Origin: Candidatus Cloacimonadales bacterium
Lineage (GTDB): Bacteria > Cloacimonadota > Cloacimonadia > Cloacimonadales > JAFGVF01
Direction of reading: 5' to 3'
Length of the DNA stretch: 64,000 nt
Assembly (NCBI GenBank): GCA_963677495.2
Contig: CAXXOU010000003.1
Coordinates: 288,001-352,000 of the forward strand
Part shown: piece after piece, positions 31,144-40,386 of the stretch
How positions within the stretch are numbered: the first letter of the stretch is position 1
Layout: every line of letters begins with the position of its first letter
The notes under the pieces: generated by a model
The model's input: the letters and a program-made list of their open reading frames with translations, nothing else
Database searches by the model: none
What the model was told of the DNA's origin: nothing
Made by a program: the position numbers and the translations under genes

Positions 31144-31164
31144 TTATCCACATCGTGTGCATAA
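31144..31164. promoter_or_regulatory. Pair of inverted DnaA-box matches
   Basis: TTATCCACA-tcg-TGTGCATAA; both match TTATNCACA. Confidence 0.45.
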
Positions 31165-31442
31165 CTTATTTAACGGTGCAAAGAAGCTCTTGATGCGACT
31201 TCCTAAAGAGAAGTAGTTGGTAAGAATTGAAAAAGTATTAAAGTTGAGATGATACTGGAATATACTTATCAACCATAAGGATTTCTTAACTTAAACTATG
31301 TTTAAAGCTTGATTCAAACTTTCTTAGAAATCAAAGTTTGGCATCATATCTTAATTCATATCAAAAAAGACTTGCCTTTTTTTCTTTATCTACTCTATAC
31401 TGTCTATTGAGATGAAAACAAATAATAAATAGGGGAACAAAG

Positions 31443-33785
31443 TTGAAATTATTATATGTCGATCTTCCGTTTATTGGCGAAAAAGGTGGAGATAAGAACC
31501 GCAGTAACTTCATCTGGTCTGTGTTAAATCAACACTTTGATTGCTCACTTCTATTAGTTAAAACCTGGCACAACCTGACAAAACCTTTCCCTAAAGCTGA
31601 TAGTTTTGATTATCAGTTAGTTGCAGAAAAGAGCAATAAGCTATCGGCTGAATCAATATTCAAGTATAGAGCTGATCAGTTAAAGAAGTTCAGAGAGATA
31701 CTCATAGAGCACCAGTTCGACTATATCTTCTTTAGATTCACGAGTCATGCGATGTTAATGAGCGAAGCAGCCAAGTGCTCCCCAACTACTAAGATTATTG
31801 TTGATGTTGATATGCTATTCTCACGTATAGCTGACCTATCTTGGGAGAAGAATCCGACAATTGATAACAGATACTATTTCATGGAAAGGTTCAAGATAAG
31901 AAAATTTGAGAGTCAGCTTTTCCGAAAACCCTATCTTTTCCTTTTTTCAAATAACGTTGAAAGAGATTCAGTGATCGAAAGGTATGCAGAGGATTTACCA
32001 CCTGAGAATTATCAGATTCTACCAAACACAGTGCACAAGACTGAGATACCGGAGAGAGTTTCTAAGCAAAGACGAATCCTCTTTTTTGGGACCCTTAACT
32101 CCGTAGCAAATCAAGATGCAATTGTAAACTTAAGCGAAAACATCTACCCACACCTTCATGAGTATCTTGTTGAGAACGATTTGATAATTGATGTAGTGGG
32201 TAAAGGCCCTTTAGAGGGTATGAATGTGTACTACAAAGAGAGGATGAACCTCGTTGGGCCTGTTGATGATATAAAACAGATAATCTCTGATGCTGAGCTG
32301 ATAATTTTACCAATTAGAATCGCTTCAGGGACCAGAACCAGGATTCTGGAGGCAGGTATCCTGGGGAAACCAATCGTAACAACCTCAATTGGGGCTGAAG
32401 GCTTTACGTTTAATGAAGATGAGATCTCAATTATTGATGACCCCAAAGAGAATGCAGAACGTATAATCCATTTTATGGATAACCCACAAGAAGCAAAAGA
32501 GATGGGGTTGAAACTACTAAAACGTTGTGAAGAGGACTACACTTGGGAATCAGTTGGGGAAAAACTTAATACGATGATACGAAGCACAAAAGAAAACAAA
32601 GTAAATCAACGATTTAAGATAGCAATAGTGACAAATAGATTCTATCCTGAGGTTGGTGGAGCAGAGACAAATATCTACTTCCAGGCAAGAGAGCTTGTTC
32701 TACGTGGACATGAGGTTACTGTATTCTGTCCAAAGAGAATTGAACGACCTCATAAAGAGGTGTATGATGGCATAAATGTAGTCAGAATGCCGGATTTATT
32801 GGATAAAGAGAAAAGTTATCCCAATATTAAGACAAATACCTTATGCCCTGAAGTGTTTTTTGGTATCTTCTTTGGGAGATTTGATGTTGTAATGATGTTC
32901 CCTGCATTTAGTTATAACAATTTGATGGCTTTCAAAGCAGCCAAGATGTCAGGAAAGCCGACAGTTTTATGCTCCTTTGATTTCCTTGATTATGCATCAA
33001 TTATAAAAGAAACAGGATTTGTTCCGAAAGATGCGCTAGATAAGGCATTACCAAAGATACATCACAGAATTTTCATGAGATACATGGACTTCATTTTTGC
33101 GATATCTAATAAGGAGATTGCACTATATAGAAAGTTTAACAAGAATGTTGGGTATTCACCTGTACCTATTCTTCTGAAAGAGTATGATATTGAAGTGGAG
33201 AATCCAAGAGCTAAGTATGATATAAAAGATGAGTTTGTATTCCTATCTCTTGGAAGGATATCAAACATTAAGGGACAAGATATAGCTCTAAAAGCTTTTG
33301 TGGAAGTTGCAGATAAGATCCCCGAAGCAAAGCTTGTTTATGTTGGCAGAAGTGATTATGAACCTGATTTCATTGCTGAAATGAGAGCGATTATCAAGAA
33401 CCATAACCTTGATGATAGAGTAATCTTTACCGGAATGGTTGAACGTGAAGAGGTTTTAGGTTGGTTGAAATACTCAGATATACATGTCATACCTGTAAGG
33501 TTCATGAACTCAGGTGCAGTTGTGGTTGAGAGCTGGATAAGCGGAACACCGGTTCTTCAGAGTGACGTAGTTGATCCTAATCTTGTAATAGAAGAGGAAA
33601 ACGGGTATCTTTTCCCAAGTGAAAATGTGAAGGTTTTGAGTGAGAAGATGGTCCTTGCTGTTGAGCAGAAAGATAAATTGGATGAGATGGCGAAGAAGGG
33701 CGAAAAACTTGTTCGTGAAAAATACACATACGAATATCTGTGCAGCTTGTATGAATCAACTTTTGCAGCTATTCAAAAACGATAG
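31443..33785 (+). CDS. Double-domain GT4 glycosyltransferase
   Basis: Two GT-B modules (PIRIASGTRTRILEA..GKPIVTTSIGAEG; LGRISNIKGQD, VESWISGTPV). Confidence 0.9.
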   Translation: MKLLYVDLPFIGEKGGDKNRSNFIWSVLNQHFDCSLLLVKTWHNLTKPFPKADSFDYQLVAEKSNKLSAESIFKYRADQLKKFREILIEHQFDYIFFRFTSHAMLMSEAAKCSPTTKIIVDVDMLFSRIADLSWEKNPTIDNRYYFMERFKIRKFESQLFRKPYLFLFSNNVERDSVIERYAEDLPPENYQILPNTVHKTEIPERVSKQRRILFFGTLNSVANQDAIVNLSENIYPHLHEYLVENDLIIDVVGKGPLEGMNVYYKERMNLVGPVDDIKQIISDAELIILPIRIASGTRTRILEAGILGKPIVTTSIGAEGFTFNEDEISIIDDPKENAERIIHFMDNPQEAKEMGLKLLKRCEEDYTWESVGEKLNTMIRSTKENKVNQRFKIAIVTNRFYPEVGGAETNIYFQARELVLRGHEVTVFCPKRIERPHKEVYDGINVVRMPDLLDKEKSYPNIKTNTLCPEVFFGIFFGRFDVVMMFPAFSYNNLMAFKAAKMSGKPTVLCSFDFLDYASIIKETGFVPKDALDKALPKIHHRIFMRYMDFIFAISNKEIALYRKFNKNVGYSPVPILLKEYDIEVENPRAKYDIKDEFVFLSLGRISNIKGQDIALKAFVEVADKIPEAKLVYVGRSDYEPDFIAEMRAIIKNHNLDDRVIFTGMVEREEVLGWLKYSDIHVIPVRFMNSGAVVVESWISGTPVLQSDVVDPNLVIEEENGYLFPSENVKVLSEKMVLAVEQKDKLDEMAKKGEKLVREKYTYEYLCSLYESTFAAIQKR

Positions 33786-33796
33786 GATGGGCTTTT

Positions 33797-34954
33797 ATGC
33801 AAAGTGATAAGAAGATAGTATTTGTTAACACTAATTGTGGTTTTGTAGGGGGAGTAGAGAGTTACATCCATAAAGTAGCAGGATTACTGAAAAGAGATGG
33901 CTGGAAGGTTTATGGCTTCTTTGAGAAAAAAGCTGGGAAACAAGAAGGCTTTGAAGAGCCTTTTGCAAATGTATATCTTAACCAAAAGAAGGTCAGAAAT
34001 GATGTTTTGACAATACTTCGAGATACCGGATGCAAATTAGCCTTTATTCATAAAATTAGTGATCCGGAATTATTACAAATAATCAGAAAGAATTTTAAGA
34101 CAATAAGCTTTATTCATGACCATGACTATTACTGCTTAAGAAGACATAAATATTTCGTATTCCAAAGAAAAAATTGCAAGTTACCTTTTAATAAATACTA
34201 TTGTATGGCCTGTTCTCTTGGTCTTGATACAAGTGGTGAGTTGCCGGGGTTAATCAAATTAAATGACAAAACAAGATTGCTTGATATTATTAAAAGGTGT
34301 GATGTGACATTAGCAATGTCTGATTATATGATACACAATTTGGAGAAAAATGGATGGAATATGGGAAAAGTAAAGAAACTCCATCCGATTTTTGAAGTTT
34401 CAGAACGCTCATCTAAGCCACCCAACAGTATCCCTGTTCTTTTATATGTAGGTCAGCTTATTAAAGGGAAAGGTGTCGATTATCTGTTGCAGGCAGTCAG
34501 CAAAATATACCATCCGTTGAGACTAATGATAATTGGAACAGGAAATGAAGAGCAAAACCTTAAAAACTTGGCTAAATCACTAAAACTTGATGATAGAGTA
34601 GAGTTTGTTGGCTGGACATCTGAGGTTGAGAAGTTTTATAAACAAGCTGATGTGGTGGTGGTCCCATCTAGATGGCAAGAGCCATTTGGCTTAGTAGGCC
34701 TTGAAGCGTTCTCATATCAAACTCCGGTTGTTGGCTTTAATGTAGGTGGAATAACTGAATGGTTACATGATAAACGTAATGGTTTGGTCGCACAACCAAG
34801 AGATGTAAAAGATTTAGCAGAGAAGATTGAAAGCCTACTTGGGAATCAGGCTCTGTGTTCTGACCTTGGGAAGGAAGGATATAAATTTGTAAGAGATAAC
34901 TTTACTGAGAAACAGTTCCTTGCTCGTTTTTATGAGATAATATCAGAGTTATAG
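33797..34954 (+). CDS. GT4 glycosyltransferase
   Basis: YVGQLIKGKGVD, PSRWQEPFGLVGLEA. Confidence 0.92.
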   Translation: MQSDKKIVFVNTNCGFVGGVESYIHKVAGLLKRDGWKVYGFFEKKAGKQEGFEEPFANVYLNQKKVRNDVLTILRDTGCKLAFIHKISDPELLQIIRKNFKTISFIHDHDYYCLRRHKYFVFQRKNCKLPFNKYYCMACSLGLDTSGELPGLIKLNDKTRLLDIIKRCDVTLAMSDYMIHNLEKNGWNMGKVKKLHPIFEVSERSSKPPNSIPVLLYVGQLIKGKGVDYLLQAVSKIYHPLRLMIIGTGNEEQNLKNLAKSLKLDDRVEFVGWTSEVEKFYKQADVVVVPSRWQEPFGLVGLEAFSYQTPVVGFNVGGITEWLHDKRNGLVAQPRDVKDLAEKIESLLGNQALCSDLGKEGYKFVRDNFTEKQFLARFYEIISEL

Positions 34955-34962
34955 AGGTACTT

Positions 34963-36153
34963 TTGTTTAGACTACTCGAAAACATACTGGCGATAATAAT
35001 GGTTCTGATAGTAAATCCATTGCTTACTGTTTGGTTGGCAATAGTTGGATTGCTGAAAGGGCGCAAACTCTTTATAGAAAAAGAGATATATCTCCAAGGT
35101 GTTAAGCAAAGAGTTAAAATCTTTAATACAGATAAACCTTTACTAGCATTACAACCTTTGTATACTAAGGTTTTAAGTGGAACAATGAGTGTTGCCGGAA
35201 CATCGATTAGAGTTGTTGGAGAAGATGAGCCTTCTAAGCATAAAGGGAAGCCCGGTTTATACAGTGTTGTTTTACTTAGAAGACTGAGTAGGATAGACTA
35301 TGAAAGTAAAGAGATAACAGATTTAGAGTACTTAGATAACAAATCGTTTAAGAAGGATCTTATGATGCTAGTGAAAGCAATGTTACAGTTGCGTACATCA
35401 GATCCTGATTATGAAAAACCTGAGAGAATCAGACTTTTAGACGTTGAGTTCCTAAATTTAACTATGAATGATGCACTGAATAAGATTTCTGGAGTGATAG
35501 ATTCCGGACAAAAAGAGATGTTTGCCTTTATGAATCCTGACTGCTTCAATAAACTGTTTCAGGACCAAGAATACCTGAAGTTGATGCAGAATTGTAAAAA
35601 TATTTTCCCGGATGGTTCCGGTATAAATTTAGCTTGCAAAATTATCAAGAAGCAATTAGTTCATAATGTTAATGGAACTGACATGCTACCATACTTGTGT
35701 CAAATGGCTGAGGAAAAAGGTTATAGGATATTTTTACTTGGAGCCGCACCCGGAGTAGCAGAAAAAATGAAAAAAAGTCTTGTATCAAAATATAGGAGAT
35801 TAATAATAAGTGACGTTGAAGATGGATACTTTAATCGCGAGACTGAATCTGATAGAGTCATTCAGAAAATCAACGATTCGAATAGTCAGATTTTGTTAGT
35901 TGCTTTTGGAGTTCCTCTTCAGGAGAAATGGTTACGGGCCCATTTAATGGAGCTAAGTATAAATGTTGGAATGGGAGTTGGAGGATTATTTGATTTCTAT
36001 TCAGGCAACATGCCTAGGGCACCTAAATGGATGCGAGAATTAGGATTAGAGTGGGTTTTTAGATTATTGATGGAGCCTAAAAGAATGTGGCGACGTTATA
36101 TAATCGGAAATCCTTTATTCGTGAGACGAGTGAAAATCTGGAACAAAGGCTAG
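34963..36153 (+). CDS. WecB/TagA/CpsF glycosyltransferase with degenerate N-terminal sugar-transferase-like domain
   Basis: PDGSGI, VNGTDM, VAFGVPLQEKW, GVGGLFDF, RAPKWMRELGLEWVFRL. Confidence 0.92.
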   Translation: MFRLLENILAIIMVLIVNPLLTVWLAIVGLLKGRKLFIEKEIYLQGVKQRVKIFNTDKPLLALQPLYTKVLSGTMSVAGTSIRVVGEDEPSKHKGKPGLYSVVLLRRLSRIDYESKEITDLEYLDNKSFKKDLMMLVKAMLQLRTSDPDYEKPERIRLLDVEFLNLTMNDALNKISGVIDSGQKEMFAFMNPDCFNKLFQDQEYLKLMQNCKNIFPDGSGINLACKIIKKQLVHNVNGTDMLPYLCQMAEEKGYRIFLLGAAPGVAEKMKKSLVSKYRRLIISDVEDGYFNRETESDRVIQKINDSNSQILLVAFGVPLQEKWLRAHLMELSINVGMGVGGLFDFYSGNMPRAPKWMRELGLEWVFRLLMEPKRMWRRYIIGNPLFVRRVKIWNKG

Positions 36154-36157
36154 GAAA

Positions 36158-36877
36158 GTGAAGACGAGAACAAAACAGCATCAGATATTGATGGATCGAA
36201 TAGCAAAATATTCTGTAAAAGCAAGTAAAACCAAGATAATGCTTAAGATGTCAAGTTGGGAGTGGACAGTTGGTTTTGCCAAGTTTTTGAAGCATTCAGT
36301 AGATTTTATAGGTTCATTAATTCTAATAATTCTACTCTCACCAGTGTTTATTTTTACAATGCTGGCAATATATATTGATGATCCCGGTCCGGTTTTCTAT
36401 ATTGCTCCCAGGGTTGGGAAGGATGGTAGAAACTTTGGATTTATAAAGTTTCGATCAATGGTTTTGAATGCGGATAAACTAAAAGATAAATTGTTGGAAG
36501 ATAACGAGTCTTCAGATGGTGTGATTTTTAAGATGAAACGTGACCCTAGAGTAACGAAAATTGGTCGTTTCATTAGAAGATTCAGTATTGATGAGCTTCC
36601 GCAATTGGTAAATGTTTTAAAAGGTGATATGAGCCTTGTTGGGCCACGTCCACCTTTACCAAGAGAGGTCGCAGAATACACGCTTGAAGACAGAAAACGC
36701 CTTCATGTTACTCCTGGAATCACATGCTTATGGCAAGTTGGAGGAAGAAGTGAAATCCCGTTTAGTGAACAAGTTGAGCTAGATAAACAGTATATTCAAA
36801 GTAAAAGCCTATGGAATGATATAAAAATATTAATAAAAACAATCCCTGCTGTACTTAGTGGCAAGGGAGCATATTAG
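36158..36877 (+). CDS. Initiating sugar (polyprenyl glycosylphospho-) transferase, Bac_transf family
   Basis: KFRSM, DPRVTKIGRFIRRFSIDELPQL, GDMSLVGPRP, PGITCLWQV. Confidence 0.95.
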   Translation: MKTRTKQHQILMDRIAKYSVKASKTKIMLKMSSWEWTVGFAKFLKHSVDFIGSLILIILLSPVFIFTMLAIYIDDPGPVFYIAPRVGKDGRNFGFIKFRSMVLNADKLKDKLLEDNESSDGVIFKMKRDPRVTKIGRFIRRFSIDELPQLVNVLKGDMSLVGPRPPLPREVAEYTLEDRKRLHVTPGITCLWQVGGRSEIPFSEQVELDKQYIQSKSLWNDIKILIKTIPAVLSGKGAY

Positions 36878-36890
36878 ATTGGAGGAAAAA

Positions 36891-37223
36891 TTGTTCGAGT
36901 TCACAAAAAAGGATAATGTGGGAATTCTTGAAATTTCCGGACGATTAGACGCATACACAGCTCCAAATCTTAAAACTATGTTTAAAGATTTAATGGAAGA
37001 TACACGCTATTTTGTTTTTGATTTACATGCTATGGATTTTCTAGATAGTACCGGATTAGGTAGTATCGTTTCATGCCTAAAATCTGCTACAGCTAATGGT
37101 GGAGATATCTGTATAGCGCAAATGGCTGATAAACCAAGAATGGTTTTTGAGATAACAAGAGCATTTAAGATTTTTGAAATATATGATGATTTAGAGGCTG
37201 CAGTCGAAAGTTTTAACTTATAA
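36891..37223 (+). CDS. STAS-domain anti-sigma-factor antagonist (SypA/SpoIIAA-like)
   Basis: GGAGG RBS then TTG 36891; GRLDA, DFLDSTGLG (phosphorylatable Ser). Confidence 0.9.
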   Translation: MFEFTKKDNVGILEISGRLDAYTAPNLKTMFKDLMEDTRYFVFDLHAMDFLDSTGLGSIVSCLKSATANGGDICIAQMADKPRMVFEITRAFKIFEIYDDLEAAVESFNL

Positions 37224-37226
37224 GGT

Positions 37227-38612
37227 GTGCCTATGAAAGGTCTGATTATTGCCCGAGAAGAGCCAGCTAAGTGGATAAAAAGCTATTTTAGAGGGATAGA
37301 CCCTTACTTACTCAAAATAGCTAATAAACCTCTTCTAGAATACTTTGTAGATTTAATGCAGATTATTGGTATTGAAGAGATCCGATTTGTTTACGATTAC
37401 TCTTCTTGTGAAATCAATGATTATTTTGGTGACGGCACCAAATGGGGACTAAATTTTAGTTATAGCCTCTTCAAACCGGAGGATTCTCTTGAGAAGATAT
37501 ATTTGAAGAATAAGTCATTTGCAAAAGACTGTAAATTACTTATTGTTGAAGGATATAATTTTCTACAGTATAATAAGAACAATGCAAGTCAGGATTGTGT
37601 TTGTCAGCTAAATGGTAGAACTCATCTTGGTAATGTCAGACTTGTTGAAGAGAAAGACTACAAAGAGGTTTTCCATTGCGAGATCCAGGAAAATAACCCT
37701 AAGTTAGTGCCTATTGATTCTATTAAAGCATATTTTGATTTAAGTATGATGGTTATTGATGAAGGTGCCGATAACTATGTTTTGCCGGGATACTCGTCAG
37801 AGGAGAAGGCTTATATAGGAGCTGATTCATCTTACCCACGTACTGTAGCTCCTGACAAACCTATCATGATGGGGAACCATGTAAGAATTCATGATATGGT
37901 CATTATTGGTCCGGATGTAATTGTTGGCAATAACTCTATTATTGATTCAATGACCACAATAAAGAATAGCATCATTTATGATAATACATATATCGGACAA
38001 GAATTAGACATCATAAATAAAATCGTATATAAGAATACACTAATTTCAGCAGAGACAGGTGAAAGTATTAGTATGAATGAAAACTTTTTACTTTCAGGTG
38101 TTGAAAGGAAATATCTTGTATCATCGCTACAATTAATGATACAATATCTTTTGGCATCGATTTTGTTTATAGTTCAAGTTATACCATTCATACTGTTTTC
38201 TCCCATGCTGTTACTTTGGATAAAGAAGTATTCCATGAAGAAATATCATTTAATGGATAAAGCCTTCAACACAAAAAGGTTATTGAGTTTTAAAATGGAG
38301 AATAAGCCATTTCTTATGAAAGTATTTCTTTGGTTATCTTTAGATAAGTTCATTCTCCTCCCAAGGTTTTTTAAAGGTGATATTCTTCTAATGGGAAATA
38401 CTATAATGCAAGATAGAAAAGAGTATAGATATATTGTCAGAGATTTACCTTTCTATAAACCCGGTATCTTCAGTTATAGTGAAAGTTTAGGACGGGATAT
38501 ACCTGAAGAGATCGAGATACATGAAAGAGTTTATTCTAGTGAACCTACTTTTTTTAGAGACCAGACTATATTTTTTGTAACGCTATTCAAAAGATTGGTT
38601 GGTACTATCTAA
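37227..38612 (+). CDS. Degenerate NDP-sugar pyrophosphorylase-like protein with hexapeptide repeats and C-terminal sugar-transferase-like domain
   Basis: IANKPLLEY and YFGDGTKWG present but no GxGTR motif; left-handed beta-helix repeats; C-terminal TM plus LDK..KGDILLMG..KPGIF. Confidence 0.7.
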   Translation: MPMKGLIIAREEPAKWIKSYFRGIDPYLLKIANKPLLEYFVDLMQIIGIEEIRFVYDYSSCEINDYFGDGTKWGLNFSYSLFKPEDSLEKIYLKNKSFAKDCKLLIVEGYNFLQYNKNNASQDCVCQLNGRTHLGNVRLVEEKDYKEVFHCEIQENNPKLVPIDSIKAYFDLSMMVIDEGADNYVLPGYSSEEKAYIGADSSYPRTVAPDKPIMMGNHVRIHDMVIIGPDVIVGNNSIIDSMTTIKNSIIYDNTYIGQELDIINKIVYKNTLISAETGESISMNENFLLSGVERKYLVSSLQLMIQYLLASILFIVQVIPFILFSPMLLLWIKKYSMKKYHLMDKAFNTKRLLSFKMENKPFLMKVFLWLSLDKFILLPRFFKGDILLMGNTIMQDRKEYRYIVRDLPFYKPGIFSYSESLGRDIPEEIEIHERVYSSEPTFFRDQTIFFVTLFKRLVGTI

Positions 38613-39238
38613 TGATCAAAAGAAAGAGTTTAATTCTTATTTCAGGTGGAACCTGTTCTGGCAAAACAACAATAACACGTGAAATTCAAAAGATCCTCAG
38701 CGATAGTAAGGTTGTGCACATATCACAAGACAATTATTACAGGGATTTAGGACACTTATCTGATGCGGAAGCTTCACTTGAAAATTTTGATCATCCTGAT
38801 GCTATCGACCACGTAAAGCTACTGTCAGATATTAGAAAGCTATTAAATGGGGAGCGGATTGCTATCCCTGATTATAATTTCATAACTCATAGACAGATCC
38901 CGGATGCAATTCCCATAAAAGATATTGATGTAATCATTCTGGAAGGAATATTTTGCTTATTTTACAAGCAAATAGTAAATCTAGCAGACCTTAAAATCTT
39001 TGTAGATGTGGATGATGATATAAGACTTGCAAGGCGGATAAAGCGTGACATTAAAGATCGAGGATACACTATAGACTCTGTCTTAGAAAAATATTTACAT
39101 CAAGTAAAGCCGATGCATGAATTATATATTGAGCCAAGTAAAAAGAATGCTGATTTAATCGTTCCCGGAGAAAAGAAATTTGATAGAGTATTAAGCATTT
39201 TATGCAACTACCTTAGCAGTGAGTTTATTAATGGGTAA
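38612..39238 (+). CDS. udk: Uridine kinase
   Basis: ISGGTCSGKTT, SQDNYY, NFDHPDA, ILEGI, RLARRIKRD, PMH..YIEPSK. Confidence 0.9.
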   Translation: MIKRKSLILISGGTCSGKTTITREIQKILSDSKVVHISQDNYYRDLGHLSDAEASLENFDHPDAIDHVKLLSDIRKLLNGERIAIPDYNFITHRQIPDAIPIKDIDVIILEGIFCLFYKQIVNLADLKIFVDVDDDIRLARRIKRDIKDRGYTIDSVLEKYLHQVKPMHELYIEPSKKNADLIVPGEKKFDRVLSILCNYLSSEFING

Positions 39239-40370
39239 ATATACTCCTTTTGAAAATTCGTATATTGATTCAAAGATTGATTCACATATGGATAGAGTTG
39301 TTGATGAAGTCTTCAAAGTTATACCTCCCAAAAATATTAAAGCTATAATATTAGGGGGAGGATATGGACGCGGTGAAGGTGGTATTCTTCATGAGAATGG
39401 AGAGGATTTTCTCTTCAACGATTATGATCTTTTTGTTATTACTCCTAATATCCCACGTAAATTATCTAAGGAGATCGACAGAAAGTTACTCAAAGTCCAC
39501 AAATTGCTAACTAAAGAGATTGGTATTGATGTTGATTTTGGACCCTGTAAGTCTGTTAATTTCCTTAAAAAAGCTCCTTTTTGGCTTGTGTATTATGAGC
39601 TGAAATATGGGCACAAAGTGATCTACGGTGATAAGCGTGTTTTAAACTATCTTCCATCATGGGACGGAAGTAATATCGATCTTGAAGAAGGTCTTAAGCT
39701 CATGCTTAATAGAGGCGTTGCATTAATGCAGAGTAGGCAATCACTACTTCATTTTGATACCGATTCAATTGAGTATGTTTGCAGGAACAACTATAAGGCA
39801 ATAATGGCGATGGGAGATGCCTTGATAATGAGTGAGGGACTGTATAATTACTCATATCTAAAGCGTAGAATGATAATCGCAAACCTAAAGATTTCAGTGA
39901 ATAAGAACTTATTAATCGAAACAAATCTTGTAAAAGATTACGAATCAGCTATTGATTTTAAAATGAATCCTCAATACCCATTTTCAACACAGGAAGAGTT
40001 ATGGAATTGGACCACCTTGTTAATCGATAAATTCCAAGTAATATTCTACCACTTATTCCAATTATATACAGGATATGAGGGAAATTTCGCCAAAAATGAG
40101 TATGAATATTTCGTAGATTATAAATTATTCTTCGATAAGTCAGTGAAATGTGTCGCAAAAAACATTTATTATTGGTTAAAAAATCGAGGCTATAAAAATC
40201 TACTATTCCGTGACTTAATAAGACACCCAAGGGTGCAATTATTCAAGGGTTTGCCCTTCTTATTATTTAATGATAGATTGAGGGAGATTCAAGAAATTAA
40301 AAAAGAAATATCCAGTGAATGGGAAATTAAAGTTGACAACTTTTTAAATGTATGGAGTATGTACAATTAG
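39231..40370 (+). CDS. Pol-beta-superfamily nucleotidyltransferase-like protein
   Basis: ILGGGYGRGEG and NDYDLFV (DxD) signature, later DVDFG; helical C-terminal domain. Confidence 0.7.
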   Translation: MGKYTPFENSYIDSKIDSHMDRVVDEVFKVIPPKNIKAIILGGGYGRGEGGILHENGEDFLFNDYDLFVITPNIPRKLSKEIDRKLLKVHKLLTKEIGIDVDFGPCKSVNFLKKAPFWLVYYELKYGHKVIYGDKRVLNYLPSWDGSNIDLEEGLKLMLNRGVALMQSRQSLLHFDTDSIEYVCRNNYKAIMAMGDALIMSEGLYNYSYLKRRMIIANLKISVNKNLLIETNLVKDYESAIDFKMNPQYPFSTQEELWNWTTLLIDKFQVIFYHLFQLYTGYEGNFAKNEYEYFVDYKLFFDKSVKCVAKNIYYWLKNRGYKNLLFRDLIRHPRVQLFKGLPFLLFNDRLREIQEIKKEISSEWEIKVDNFLNVWSMYN

Positions 40371-40386
40371 CTGAGGTATTAAAAAA

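Noticed and set aside
30900..31440. Replication origin (oriC)
   Set aside because: Only two consensus DnaA boxes and no dnaA/dnaN/gidA context in the window
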